The notes: generated from the letters alone by a model not told the origin. 64,000 bases of DNA from an uncultured Bacteroidales bacterium (GCA_964624065.1 CAZUWF010000002.1:68261-132260), one strand, 5' to 3'. Positions 19,029-28,815 are shown, counted from the stretch's first letter. Program-made: numbers and translations.

Positions 19029-19529
19029 ATGACTGCACTTGAATTCAACTACAAGCTGATGGGGCTCCAGAAAAATTTGAGTTACTTTGCATATACGCTC
19101 ACTTCCAATTACGAAGATGCTCAAGACCTTGTTCAAGAGACCTACTTAAAAGCGTTAACCAATCGCGACAAGTTTACGGATGACACCAATTTGAAGGCCT
19201 GGGCTTTCACCATAATGAAAAATACCTTCATAAACAATTACCGTCAGAGCGTGAGGAACAATACTATGCTCGACAAGACCGATGATCTGTATTTCATCAA
19301 CGTTTCAAACGAAAGCCACATTGGTTTGCCCGACTCGGCAATGTCGGTTAAGGAAATTCAAAAAGAAATCAGGAGCATCGACCCGGACCAGCGCAAAGCA
19401 TTTGAGCTGTACAACAGCGGCTTCAAGTACAAGGAAATTGCCGACCAACTCAACCTTTCGATTGGTACGGTAAAAAGTAGGATTTTCTTCACTCGCAAAA
19501 AATTGATGGAAAAGATTTCGTCGCAGTAA
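19029..19529 (+). CDS. ECF-type sigma-70 family RNA polymerase sigma factor
   Basis: 166 aa. Region 2 (DAQDLVQETYLKAL...WAFTIMKNTFINNYR) and region 4 HTH (YKEIADQLNLSIGTVKSRIFFTRKKL). No anti-sigma gene lies next to it. Confidence 0.85.
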   Translation: MTALEFNYKLMGLQKNLSYFAYTLTSNYEDAQDLVQETYLKALTNRDKFTDDTNLKAWAFTIMKNTFINNYRQSVRNNTMLDKTDDLYFINVSNESHIGLPDSAMSVKEIQKEIRSIDPDQRKAFELYNSGFKYKEIADQLNLSIGTVKSRIFFTRKKLMEKISSQ

Positions 19530-19568
19530 GTTCTTGATCATATCTAGCCGAATTTAATATTTTGTAAG

Positions 19569-19593
19569 ACCCGGTTGGTTGCCGGGTTTTTTT
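19569..19593 (+). terminator. Rho-independent terminator after the sigma factor gene
   Basis: ACCCGG - TTGGTTG - CCGGGT followed by TTTTTT. Confidence 0.65.
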
Positions 19594-19606
19594 ATGGCAT
19601 TTTTAA

Positions 19607-19614
19607 TAACTTTG
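19607..19614 (+). promoter_or_regulatory. Candidate -7 box (TAACTTTG) for aspartate kinase
   Basis: Matches TAnnTTTG 27 nt upstream of GTG 19641. Confidence 0.4.
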
Positions 19615-19640
19615 CTTCCTATTTAAAATTTGACCAAGGA

Positions 19641-20936
19641 GTGAAAGTTTTCAAGTTTGGTGGTGCCAGTATGAGTACCGGTCAAGGGGTAAAAACGGTA
19701 GCCGGTATCATTAGGGATTTTGGAGGTGACAAATTGGTGGTTGTAGTGTCGGCCATCGGAAAGACCACCAACGCCCTTGAAGAATTAACCGCCCACTATA
19801 TGGCAGGCCAGATTGAATTGATGATGGATTGCTACCGCACCGTTAAGAAAGCCCATTTTGATCTTGCCCTCGAACTTTTCGAAGACCCCAAACACTTGGT
19901 GTTCTTCCACTTGGAGCAATCGTTCTTTCACCTGCTGCGCAAAATTGAAGAGAGACCATCCAGTTCCTACGATTTTGAATACGATCGGATTGTTTCGACA
20001 GGCGAAATTGTTTCCTCCCAGATTCTCAACCACTACCTTTTGCACGTTGGTATTAGGAACCAATGGTTCGATGCTCGCAAGCTGGTAATAACCGATGCAA
20101 GTTTTCGCGATGCTAGGGTTGACTGGATTCTTTCGGGCCAGGCCATAAAAAAGGCCTTGATGCCATACCTGGCTCCCAGCGAGGGAGGCAGCAAGCCAGA
20201 GATTGTACTTACACAAGGTTTTTTGGGTGGCACCACCCAAGGTTTCTCTGCTACCCTTGGCCGTGAGGGCTCCGACTACTCGGCAGCAATTTTTGCCTAC
20301 TCGCTCGAGGCACAGGAGGTTGTAATTTGGAAAGATGTTGCAGGGCTACTCAATGCCGACCCTAAGTATTTCGAAAAAACCCTGCTCATCCCGAATATTA
20401 GCTACCAGGAGGCAATTGAACTTTCATATTACGGAGCTAGCGTAATACACCCCAAAACCCTCAAGCCACTAAACGCAAAGAACATTCCACTTCGGGTGAA
20501 GTCTTTCTTGAATCCCACTCAACCGGGAACATTAATTGACGGGACAAGCCGCAACGACTCCAAGGTTCCAAGTTTCATCTTGAAGTTTAACCAAATGCTG
20601 ATTTCAATCTTTCCGAAAGACTTTAGCTTCATTGCGGAGCAAAACTTGTCGAGGATTTTTTCTGATTTTGCCAAGAATGGCGTTAAGATAAATCTTATGC
20701 AAAACTCGGCCCTAAGCTTTTCCGTATGTTACGATTTCGACAAGATTAAATCGCCGGCACTTATCCGCGACCTTCAGGCAAACTTCAACATCAGGTACAA
20801 CACCAACCTAACCCTGATCACTGTGAGGCATTATAATCAAGCCAATCTTGACGAATTGCTTGCAGGCAAAAAGGTTATGCTAGAACAGAAAAACCGCACA
20901 ACATTGCAAGTGGTGGTGAAGGAGATTATTGAGTAA
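19641..20936 (+). CDS. Aspartate kinase (monofunctional, with ACT domains)
   Basis: V(GTG)KVFKFGGASM...VVVVSAIGKTTNALE...LGREGSDYSAA. The GTG start at 19641 is inferred from the conserved KVFKFGG N-terminus and the positions of the terminator and promoter. Confidence 0.88.
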   Translation: MKVFKFGGASMSTGQGVKTVAGIIRDFGGDKLVVVVSAIGKTTNALEELTAHYMAGQIELMMDCYRTVKKAHFDLALELFEDPKHLVFFHLEQSFFHLLRKIEERPSSSYDFEYDRIVSTGEIVSSQILNHYLLHVGIRNQWFDARKLVITDASFRDARVDWILSGQAIKKALMPYLAPSEGGSKPEIVLTQGFLGGTTQGFSATLGREGSDYSAAIFAYSLEAQEVVIWKDVAGLLNADPKYFEKTLLIPNISYQEAIELSYYGASVIHPKTLKPLNAKNIPLRVKSFLNPTQPGTLIDGTSRNDSKVPSFILKFNQMLISIFPKDFSFIAEQNLSRIFSDFAKNGVKINLMQNSALSFSVCYDFDKIKSPALIRDLQANFNIRYNTNLTLITVRHYNQANLDELLAGKKVMLEQKNRTTLQVVVKEIIE

Positions 20937-21149
20937 TCTAGGTAAGGGGCAGGGTGAACAATGATTGCACCCAAGCAAGGGGTAATTTGTATCTGGAGGT
21001 AGCTACCTTTCATAAAGGTGAGAACGCGAAACCTTAGAATCAGGAATCAGATTTTTGAAATTTGGACAAATTAATCTCTAAAATCTTAAGGCAATTAAAC
21101 TCCAAGCTTATCTCCAATCGCCAAAACTAATTATTGGGAGCTGCGGACC

Positions 21150-22856
21150 CTATTTCTTGGTGCGCCACTGGTAATTTGAGAGTCCTTCTTGAATTTGCTT
21201 GAGTCTTTCCTCGGGGGTCATATTGTTCCATTTTGTCCTTTCGGCCTCGTAGGCACGTCTTTCTTCCTCTTTTATGGCTCTTATTTGTGCCAGGTTTCGT
21301 TGTTCGAGCCTGTTTGAGAGGAAGGTCTTGGCAACCGCCGGAAACAGTTCTATGAGGAGCTCATCCTTTTCGTTCTCGGCAAGCTTGGCGCCATAGGCCT
21401 CGCAGAAATCATTATCCACTTTCTTGTGGTCTTTGGGGTTGTAAGGCACTTCCTTGGCCGAGCCCGTTATTTTCTTGCGAAACTTAGGGCTGATGGGTAT
21501 GGGTGTCCTACCGTAAAGGCCTTTTACCATATTTTCGAACTGTACCGACTTGGTGGTGTACATAGGCTTGCCGCTGTTTTCATCGAGTACGCAGTTAACC
21601 GCTTGTTGACCAACAATTTGACTTGTTGGGGTTACCAAAGGTGGGCAGCCAGAATCGAGTCGAACGGTTGGTATGATTTCCAGTACTCTTGGAAGGAGCT
21701 TTTCGAGGTTCAGCTGCTTTAATTGTGCCAACATATTGGTGTACATTCCGCCGGGCATTTCGGCCGACCTAACCTTGACATTTGGAGGGGGTAGCTTGAA
21801 ATAGCTCTCTATAAGCTGGGTTACCTTTAGCAGTTCCTTTTCCTTCCGCTTTTGGGCGTACTGTATGGCATAGTCGAACAGTTGGTCTATTTCTTTTGGC
21901 AAGGTATCGTACGAAATGTCGAATGCAAAGGGCATTTCCCGGCAAGCATCGAAGGCTGCCAGTTCCTTGCGAATTTCGGCCAGTTCTTTGTTTATGCTTC
22001 CAACGGCCTTTAGATTAATTCCGGTTTTGATCTTTAGTTTGTTGCAGAATATTTGGATTATCTCGAAGCTAGGACCGGCTGGACCGCCCGAAAAGTTGAG
22101 AATGCAGGTATCTACCACATCAACTCCGTTGATTATTGCCGAAAGCATAGAGGCCAGTCCATACCCGGGGGTACAGTGAGTGTGAAAGTTTATTGGCAGG
22201 TTAACTTCTTCCTTAAGCAATTTTACCAGGATCCCTGTTTTGATGGGCGGTATTAACCCAGCCATATCCTTGATGGTGATTATGTCGGCACCCATTTTTT
22301 CCAACTCCTGTGCCTTGCGCACGAAGTACTCTAGGGTAAATACCTTTTTGGGGATCACATTTCCCTTAAGGATTTCAAGCAGCCGTTCGGTTTTTCTGGG
22401 CTTTGGGTCAACGGTGTAGCAAACAGCACAATCGGCAATACCTCCGTTTGCCTTCACAATCTTTATTGTTGATTCAATGTTGGCCATGTCGTTGAGGGCA
22501 TCGAAGATTCGCATAATACCTATGCCTGATTTTATAGCATTTCGGTTGAACCCCTCGATGACGTTTTCAGGGTATGGATTGTACCCAAAAAGGTTGCGCC
22601 CGCGCGAAAGGGCAGTAAGGTGCGACCTGTCGCCAATGGTAGCCTTTATGGTTTCGAGCCTCGCCCATGGGTCTTCGTTGAGGTAACGCATTACCGAATC
22701 AGGTACCGCTCCTCCCCAAACTTCAATAGCGTAAAAACCAGCCTCTTGGTAATATGGAAGTACACGGTCAATTTGTGCCTGGGTCATACGTGTTGCAAAA
22801 AGCGATTGCTGCCCGTCGCGAAGGGTAATATCCCTTATTTTTAGCGTCTTGTTCAT
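21150..22856 (-). CDS. Carboxyltransferase of the oxaloacetate decarboxylase-alpha / pyruvate carboxylase-B / transcarboxylase-5S type, with no biotinyl domain
   Basis: ITLRDGQQS, IKDMAG (carbamyl-Lys context) and FHTHCTPG metal site are present, plus a PYC_OADA-like region. There is no AMKM/MKM biotin motif anywhere, and the C-terminus is a charged coil. Confidence 0.85.
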   Translation of the reverse strand: MNKTLKIRDITLRDGQQSLFATRMTQAQIDRVLPYYQEAGFYAIEVWGGAVPDSVMRYLNEDPWARLETIKATIGDRSHLTALSRGRNLFGYNPYPENVIEGFNRNAIKSGIGIMRIFDALNDMANIESTIKIVKANGGIADCAVCYTVDPKPRKTERLLEILKGNVIPKKVFTLEYFVRKAQELEKMGADIITIKDMAGLIPPIKTGILVKLLKEEVNLPINFHTHCTPGYGLASMLSAIINGVDVVDTCILNFSGGPAGPSFEIIQIFCNKLKIKTGINLKAVGSINKELAEIRKELAAFDACREMPFAFDISYDTLPKEIDQLFDYAIQYAQKRKEKELLKVTQLIESYFKLPPPNVKVRSAEMPGGMYTNMLAQLKQLNLEKLLPRVLEIIPTVRLDSGCPPLVTPTSQIVGQQAVNCVLDENSGKPMYTTKSVQFENMVKGLYGRTPIPISPKFRKKITGSAKEVPYNPKDHKKVDNDFCEAYGAKLAENEKDELLIELFPAVAKTFLSNRLEQRNLAQIRAIKEEERRAYEAERTKWNNMTPEERLKQIQEGLSNYQWRTKK

Positions 22857-22902
22857 TGTTTTCTGAGAACCTATTTTTGAAAGTGATGGCGGTTTTGAAG
22901 CA

Positions 22903-22910
22903 CAAAGTTA
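22903..22910 (-). promoter_or_regulatory. Candidate -7 box (TAACTTTG) for the carboxyltransferase gene
   Basis: The reverse strand matches TAnnTTTG 47 nt upstream of ATG 22856. Confidence 0.4.
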
Positions 22911-23121
22911 CATCTGTTTTGTTAATTGTGAATTGTTTAACAACAAAAAAGTTTTTAACTAAAACACAATGGTTTGTGAGTCAAATTAGATTGGAAAGGT
23001 TTGGGTTTTTCAAGATGAATAAAATGAGACCTTTTATAATATTTTGGTCCTATCTCAAAAATCCGAATCTCCTGGCCGCACCGCTTAATTGCAAATATAT
23101 TGTTTGGGACCGGCAGGGGAT

Positions 23122-24162
23122 TTATCCCATCCATTCTTTGTCTGGAATCGATTTGTAACGACCCCAGAACTTATAATGCGTAAGGGAAGCAAGGGCAATT
23201 ATTCTGGAAAAGAACCTGTATCTCAGCACCAAATGCTGGATGCGGTACATTAACCAGATAATTGCAATGAATATTACCGACCAAATTGTAACTTTAACCC
23301 ATAATGATTTAATCTCAAAATGGAGGACTGAATCAAGTAAAAATGTAAATGCCATCGAGCAGGTAATGCTTGCTGTTGCCATTAAGCCGTGTTCCGATTC
23401 AACGGCCCTTTGGGGGCAGTTATTCATACATTTCATGCAATTCTCGCACCTGAAGGTCCAGTAAGGACGGTTTATTTTCTTACTGATTGCATGGACTGGG
23501 CATTGATTACTGCAAGTACCGCATGAATTACACTCGGCGGTGACATAAAATGATTTGGCCAAGGCAAACCTTCCAATAATGTAGTAACCCAAGGCAATGG
23601 GTGCCAATAAAATATCTTGAATCAAATCGCGGCACGCAAGGAAATCCCTTTTACCCGAAAAAATCTTGCTTGCATGTTTTTGTGCCCGGCCGTGATTTAC
23701 CTTATGTATGTACTTTACCGTTTTTTCATTTAACGACGGGTGGATCGAAAGCCAATTTGATGGCATGTCAAAAGGAACCTGCCCCACAATCTTGTAGCCC
23801 TTGATCATAAGAAATAGTGACGCAACCAAAAACGCAATCCCGGTTAATCCAGGTGTTACAACCGCCCCTAATTTCATTGCTGCCCGTGTATTCATCAGTA
23901 CCACCCTGTTGGTGCCCCTTGGAAATTTACGGATGAAGTCAAGGGTGATTTTCGGATAATTGAAACCGTGAACCGGTGAAATCACAAGGATTAGGGTATC
24001 ATTTTTAACCGAAACCATGGGGCCCTTGCCACATTTTGCAATATCGAAAATATCGCATTCAGTCCCCATTTTAGTGGCAGAGTCCTGAAACCATAAAGCA
24101 ATTTGCCTCGCGTTTCCAGTTCCCGAAAAATAATAGATTACAGCTTTAGGAATGTTTTTCAC
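23122..24162 (-). CDS. Flavodoxin-like + 2x[4Fe-4S] ferredoxin domain membrane protein (EFR1-like)
   Basis: N-terminal YYFSGTGNARQIA (flavodoxin-like). Two CxxCxxCxxxCP motifs (CNSCGTCSNQCP and CENCMKCMNNCP). Hydrophobic helices occur mid-protein and at the C-terminus. The start codon is GTG. Confidence 0.75.
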   Translation of the reverse strand: MKNIPKAVIYYFSGTGNARQIALWFQDSATKMGTECDIFDIAKCGKGPMVSVKNDTLILVISPVHGFNYPKITLDFIRKFPRGTNRVVLMNTRAAMKLGAVVTPGLTGIAFLVASLFLMIKGYKIVGQVPFDMPSNWLSIHPSLNEKTVKYIHKVNHGRAQKHASKIFSGKRDFLACRDLIQDILLAPIALGYYIIGRFALAKSFYVTAECNSCGTCSNQCPVHAISKKINRPYWTFRCENCMKCMNNCPQRAVESEHGLMATASITCSMAFTFLLDSVLHFEIKSLWVKVTIWSVIFIAIIWLMYRIQHLVLRYRFFSRIIALASLTHYKFWGRYKSIPDKEWMG

Positions 24163-25318
24163 TTTTGCACTAATGAATTAGGCTTAAATTTTTCATCTAA
24201 TTAAACGTATAACACATACAAGCTTGGTTTTTTGAAATGAAATAGTGTTTTGGCTCCAAAGATTATTCCATTTTGAAACGGCTAAAACCTTACTTCAACT
24301 TTCTGCGAACTTCCAAATCGGCAAAACCATTGCTCTAAGGTTTTCCTTCCTCACGTTCAATCCCTCCCAAAATGAATCCTACCTATTTCTGATTGATTGA
24401 GGACAAACTGCATAGCTCTTCAAACGCTTGATTACTTAACCTTGTTTTTGGAGTTTTTCCGAGGGCCAGCAGCCGATCTCGGTCTTTTGACCTGTATTTT
24501 CGTTGTCCCCGAAGCCTAGTTGCCTGAATAATCATTGTTTTTCCAAACGAAATAAGCATTTTTAAACCTATTGGAAGGCTTTTACCAATGAATTTACAAA
24601 CTTCCGGTGTCGGTAATTTCTCAGGGAATCTCAACGAGGGACAACCACCTGCCAAGAGTTTCTATCTTGCTATCACTGGCTTTTTAAATGCACATCGAGC
24701 CCTATTATTCAGGCTGTTTCGAAAGCCAGCCCAGATCACTTCTCTGTTCACGGTTTTTGGGTAAGGTCATCGGCAACTATGAAACTTAGTTGCACATCCA
24801 GAAAATTGAATTAAAGTGTCACCCCAAAAGAACGAAAACCCAGTTTGCAACTAAATCACCTCTGAACAATAAAGAACCAAGATCTGACTACCAGGGTTCG
24901 CCAATTTATGAAGTTTCGCCCGTGGGTAATTTTTGTAAAATATGAACCAATGGAATACCACTTAGTTGAAATTATTTGCTACCCCAATAAAAAATACCAA
25001 CAAACTCCCAAGAGCGATCGTATTATTACTGTATCAATTATTTCCATTCTTGCGGCTAAGGTAAGGCAATTATTTATAAATCAACACAATGAAGTTCAAT
25101 TTTTTCAAACTATTTGTGCATAAATGCCTAAAAATCAACGATGGTTTGATGGCAAGGGCAATGCATGGGTTGTAAATATTGCAGCCTTATAAAAAGCACT
25201 GCCTGGTTGGGGCGGCACAGCAAATAATTCTTTTCCATCCACAAATCCGAAATTCCGAAAGGATTAGGATAAGGTATGTCAATTATTTGCTGGCTTTGGG
25301 CTGAATCCTAATTATTGC

Positions 25319-27085
25319 CTATTCAATCCTAATATCAAAAGGCATCCTCATCAGTACTCCGGATGATTGGTTCACGTTTTCCAGTTGCTTGAGGTAGTGG
25401 TATGCTTGTCCAAGGTTGCTTTTTAGGTATCCCTCTTTTGTGCCGCCCATATCTTCCAGTATTCTTTGCAAAAAAGGTCGTTGGGCCGGCAGTTCCACCA
25501 CCCTGTAAGTTTTTATGCCTGCCTTTTCGGCCGCCACGTCAATAGCCAGCTCGAGGCCTCCAAGTTCGTCAACCAAACCAATTTCAAGAGCTTCGGCACC
25601 ACTCCAAACCCTCCCGGCACCCACCTTGTCAACTTCTTCGGGAGTCATATTGCGGCCTGCGCCCACGTGCGAAATGAAGGTTCTGTAAATGCGACCGATT
25701 TGCTCTTCAATAATCGCCCTTTCGCGGGCTGTTAGTGGCCTGTTCAAAGAGCCAAAGTCGGCCAGCTCGTTGGTTTTAACGTTGTCGAAGGTGATGCCGA
25801 GTTTTTGATTGAAGAAGTTCTTCATGTTCGGTATCACCCCAAATACTCCAATTGAGCCAGTTATTGAATTTGGGTTTGCAATAATGTAGTCGGCCTTGCA
25901 AGCCACATAGTATCCTCCCGAAGCGGCCACATCGCCAAATGAAACTATAACTGGTTTTTCACTACGCGCAAGCTCAATCTCTCTCAATATAACGTCTGAT
26001 GCAAGGGCGCTACCTCCAGGCGAGTTGATCCTGAAAACTATGGCTTTAACCATGTTGTCGGTGCGGGCCTGCCTTATGGCTTCGGCAATAGTGACAGACC
26101 CCATCGTGGTTTCGCTGCCTTTTCCCGGCAATATTGCTCCACTACCATACACAATGGCTATCTTTTCCCTAACAGGTTTACCCTTTGAGGGAAAATTCTT
26201 GAAATTGCTCAGCGTGGCAAGATTTATTTCCGATGCCTTTTCGAGCGCCAAACGTTCCTTGATTATCTCCAAGACCTCGTCGCGGTGCTTCATACCGTCA
26301 ACAAGCCCATTGTCAACGGCCATTGATGGATCGCGGGCCACAAACCGATCTATCAAAACGATGAGATCGTCGGGTGCAATACCACGACTCTCGGCAATGT
26401 CGGCTACCACGTTGCTCCATACCGAACCCATAAAAGATTCTATTTGTTCGCGGTTCTCCTTACTCATTTTATCCAAGAAGAAAGGCTCCCCTGCACTCTT
26501 GAACTCCCCTTGACGTATAACCTGGGCTTCGATCCCAAGCTTTTCCAAGGTGCTTTTGAAAAACATTATTTCAGAGCTAAGCCCAACCAACTCGATCATT
26601 CCTTCGGGGTGCACGTAGACCTCGTCGGCAACCGTGGCAACGTAATATGCCGCCTGGTTGTAAACCTCTCCGTATGCAACTATGAACTTGCCCGAATCCT
26701 TAAAATCGAGCAGCTTTTGTCTAAGCTCGTCGGCGGTGCTCCAGCCGGTGCTTACAATACCAAGGTCAAGGAAAATTCCGGAAATGTTTGGGTCGTCCTT
26801 TGCCCTTGAAATGTTTCTCAAAAGGTCGTTGAGGCCTATTGCTCTTACCCTCTGTAGTGAAAAAGGGTCAAATGTGCCAAAAGGGTCGTCGTACCCGCGG
26901 TCAACAATTTCTTCTTCGAGGGTTAGGTGAAGCACCGTTCCAGGGCTTACATTAAAAATTTCTTGCTTCGAAATTGCACTCGAAAGAGAGCCTATCAATA
27001 GCCCGATCACCAAGAAAAACAATATGAAACCCGCAAGTATGAAACCCACCATACTCGCAAGCATGAACTTGAAAAACTGCTTCAT
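25319..27085 (-). CDS. sppA: Signal peptide peptidase SppA, 67K type
   Basis: 588 aa with an N-terminal TM helix and duplicated ClpP/crotonase-like S49 domains (GDVAASGGYY, GSIGV). Confidence 0.9.
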   Translation of the reverse strand: MKQFFKFMLASMVGFILAGFILFFLVIGLLIGSLSSAISKQEIFNVSPGTVLHLTLEEEIVDRGYDDPFGTFDPFSLQRVRAIGLNDLLRNISRAKDDPNISGIFLDLGIVSTGWSTADELRQKLLDFKDSGKFIVAYGEVYNQAAYYVATVADEVYVHPEGMIELVGLSSEIMFFKSTLEKLGIEAQVIRQGEFKSAGEPFFLDKMSKENREQIESFMGSVWSNVVADIAESRGIAPDDLIVLIDRFVARDPSMAVDNGLVDGMKHRDEVLEIIKERLALEKASEINLATLSNFKNFPSKGKPVREKIAIVYGSGAILPGKGSETTMGSVTIAEAIRQARTDNMVKAIVFRINSPGGSALASDVILREIELARSEKPVIVSFGDVAASGGYYVACKADYIIANPNSITGSIGVFGVIPNMKNFFNQKLGITFDNVKTNELADFGSLNRPLTARERAIIEEQIGRIYRTFISHVGAGRNMTPEEVDKVGAGRVWSGAEALEIGLVDELGGLELAIDVAAEKAGIKTYRVVELPAQRPFLQRILEDMGGTKEGYLKSNLGQAYHYLKQLENVNQSSGVLMRMPFDIRIE

Positions 27086-27550
27086 TTCTTTATTTTATAA
27101 TTGACGACAAATACAATTTTGAATTTGCAATATTAGTGCTTTTTAAGCAATTGCAGATGAAAGGATAAAAAATTTGACTTGAGGAGTTAGAAATTAGAAG
27201 TACTGGAGCCAATTTGCCCAACCCCCTTTAGCAGTTGCAATTTAGTTGTGATCTTTTGGCAATGTCTGCAGTGAATTGGATGTGAACCTGAAACAGGAGG
27301 CTTCGCACCAAAGCTTGGAATGTGTAAATTGTGGGTAGGCCCCGCAAGAAGAATCATTGGGGTCGGTAAGAGGGCCACCGTATGAAAAGAGAAGGACAGG
27401 TTTGACACAAAAACATAGCGTTATGTCCCGAGAGAATTTATTGTGAAAAAAAATACCTTTCGACGCCTCCAGAAAAAAAAGGAGCCGAAAAAATTAGTTC
27501 TATGGGTAAAAATGTTGAAATTTGCTGATGCAAACTCATTTACTACTGCG

Positions 27551-28045
27551 ATGAATGCTGCGTACATCCTGCTTGGAGGAAACATCGGTAATGTTGAGGA
27601 AACATTTGTCAGGGCAAGAGCCTTCATAAATGGGGTTGCGGGTTGCATTACCGCATCTAGCTCGCTCTACAAGAGCGTGCCATGGGGGTTTGAGAGCAAC
27701 AATATGTTCCTGAACCAAGCCCTCGAAATTTCGACCATCCTGCACCCTTTTGACCTGCTTTCAACGCTTCTTGAAATAGAGAAGGCCCTTGGTCGGCACC
27801 GGACAAAAAGTGGCTACCAATCAAGGATGATCGACATTGACATACTCTTTTACGAAAACTTGGCAATTTTTCAGGAAGGCCTTGAAATTCCCCATCCGCG
27901 CCTTCACCTGAGGCGGTTTGCCCTCATGCCTCTGGCCGAAATAGCACCCAATTTCATTCACCCTAAGCTCAATGTTTCGGTTGCAAAACTTCTGGAGGTT
28001 TGCCTCGATCTATCGGAAGTAGAGAAAGTTGGGGCCAAAAAATGA
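27551..28045 (+). CDS. folK: 2-amino-4-hydroxy-6-hydroxymethyldihydropteridine diphosphokinase
   Basis: AYILLGGNIGN...YKSVPWGF...NQALEIST...RMIDIDILFY...LEIPHPRLHLRRFALMPL are HPPK motifs. The track start is over-extended; the ATG is at 27551. Confidence 0.9.
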   Translation: MNAAYILLGGNIGNVEETFVRARAFINGVAGCITASSSLYKSVPWGFESNNMFLNQALEISTILHPFDLLSTLLEIEKALGRHRTKSGYQSRMIDIDILFYENLAIFQEGLEIPHPRLHLRRFALMPLAEIAPNFIHPKLNVSVAKLLEVCLDLSEVEKVGAKK

Positions 28046-28094
28046 AAAGATAGAAAGGTGATTTAAAAATTAGTTATCTTTCGGATTGCTGTTT

Positions 28095-28102
28095 TAACTT
28101 TG
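28095..28102 (+). promoter_or_regulatory. Candidate -7 box (TAACTTTG) for the deoxynucleoside kinase gene
   Basis: Matches TAnnTTTG upstream of candidate starts at 28129 and 28174. Confidence 0.4.
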
Positions 28103-28173
28103 CACGTCGTACTTCGAAATTGTCAAGAATGGTAATTATTACCAAAGACGGTTTCCAAACTTTGAAAAGAACT

Positions 28174-28815
28174 ATGAGATACAACTACATTGCCGTTGAA
28201 GGGAATATTGGGGCTGGGAAGACCACCCTTTCAACCATGATTTCCGAGAAATTTAATGGCAGGTTGATATTGGAACGCTTCGACGATAACCCCTTCCTGG
28301 CCAAGTTTTACAAAGACCAAGACAAGTACGCTTTTCCACTGGAGCTATCATTTTTGGCAGAGAGGTACCAGCAGCTAAAAAGGGAGCTTGCAAGCCAGGA
28401 ATTGTTTTCTGATTTTACAATATCAGATTACTTCCTCAACAAATCCCTGATATTTGCCCGCAAAACATTGGGAGCCGACGAGTACCAGCTGTTTTCAACC
28501 CTATTCAACATAATGAATGCCAACCTACCGAAGCCCGATTTGCTTGTTCACTTGTTAGTTTCCACCAAAAGGCTCAAAAGCAACATCGAAAAACGTGGGC
28601 GCGAATATGAGCAAGACATTGCCGTGGAGTACCTCGAGAAGATTCAAGAAAGTTACCTTGAATATCTCAAACAACAACCCAGCTTGCGCATTCTCCTTTT
28701 GGATATCAATGAACTTGACTTTGTGGCCCATCCCTTCCATTTCAACATCATTGTAGAATCAATGAACCAGAAACTCCCGCAAGGAATAACCCGCGAAAGG
28801 TTGTTGCCGTCGTAA
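28174..28815 (+). CDS. Deoxynucleoside kinase
   Basis: YIAVEGNIGAGKTT P-loop, ERF...NPFL and LSFLAERYQQL are typical of dNK/dGK family proteins. An alternative ATG at 28129 would add 15 aa. Confidence 0.85.
   Translation: MRYNYIAVEGNIGAGKTTLSTMISEKFNGRLILERFDDNPFLAKFYKDQDKYAFPLELSFLAERYQQLKRELASQELFSDFTISDYFLNKSLIFARKTLGADEYQLFSTLFNIMNANLPKPDLLVHLLVSTKRLKSNIEKRGREYEQDIAVEYLEKIQESYLEYLKQQPSLRILLLDINELDFVAHPFHFNIIVESMNQKLPQGITRERLLPS

Noticed and set aside
24383-24655. 90-aa minus-strand ORF, and the 71-aa plus ORF at 24908-25123, as possible transposase or mobile-element remnants.
   Set aside because: There are no DDE/HTH/integrase motifs, no flanking inverted or direct repeats, and no adjacent tRNA. 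I treated them as non-coding within the gene-poor region reported above.
27340-27385. RNase P RNA, suggested by CGGTAAGAGGGCCACCG and GGGTAGGCCCCGCAAG.
   Set aside because: The universally conserved GGAAAGUCC / ACAGAA..CCGGCUUA P4 elements are absent on either strand, and the order of the similar segments is wrong. I kept it only as an unexplained structured region.
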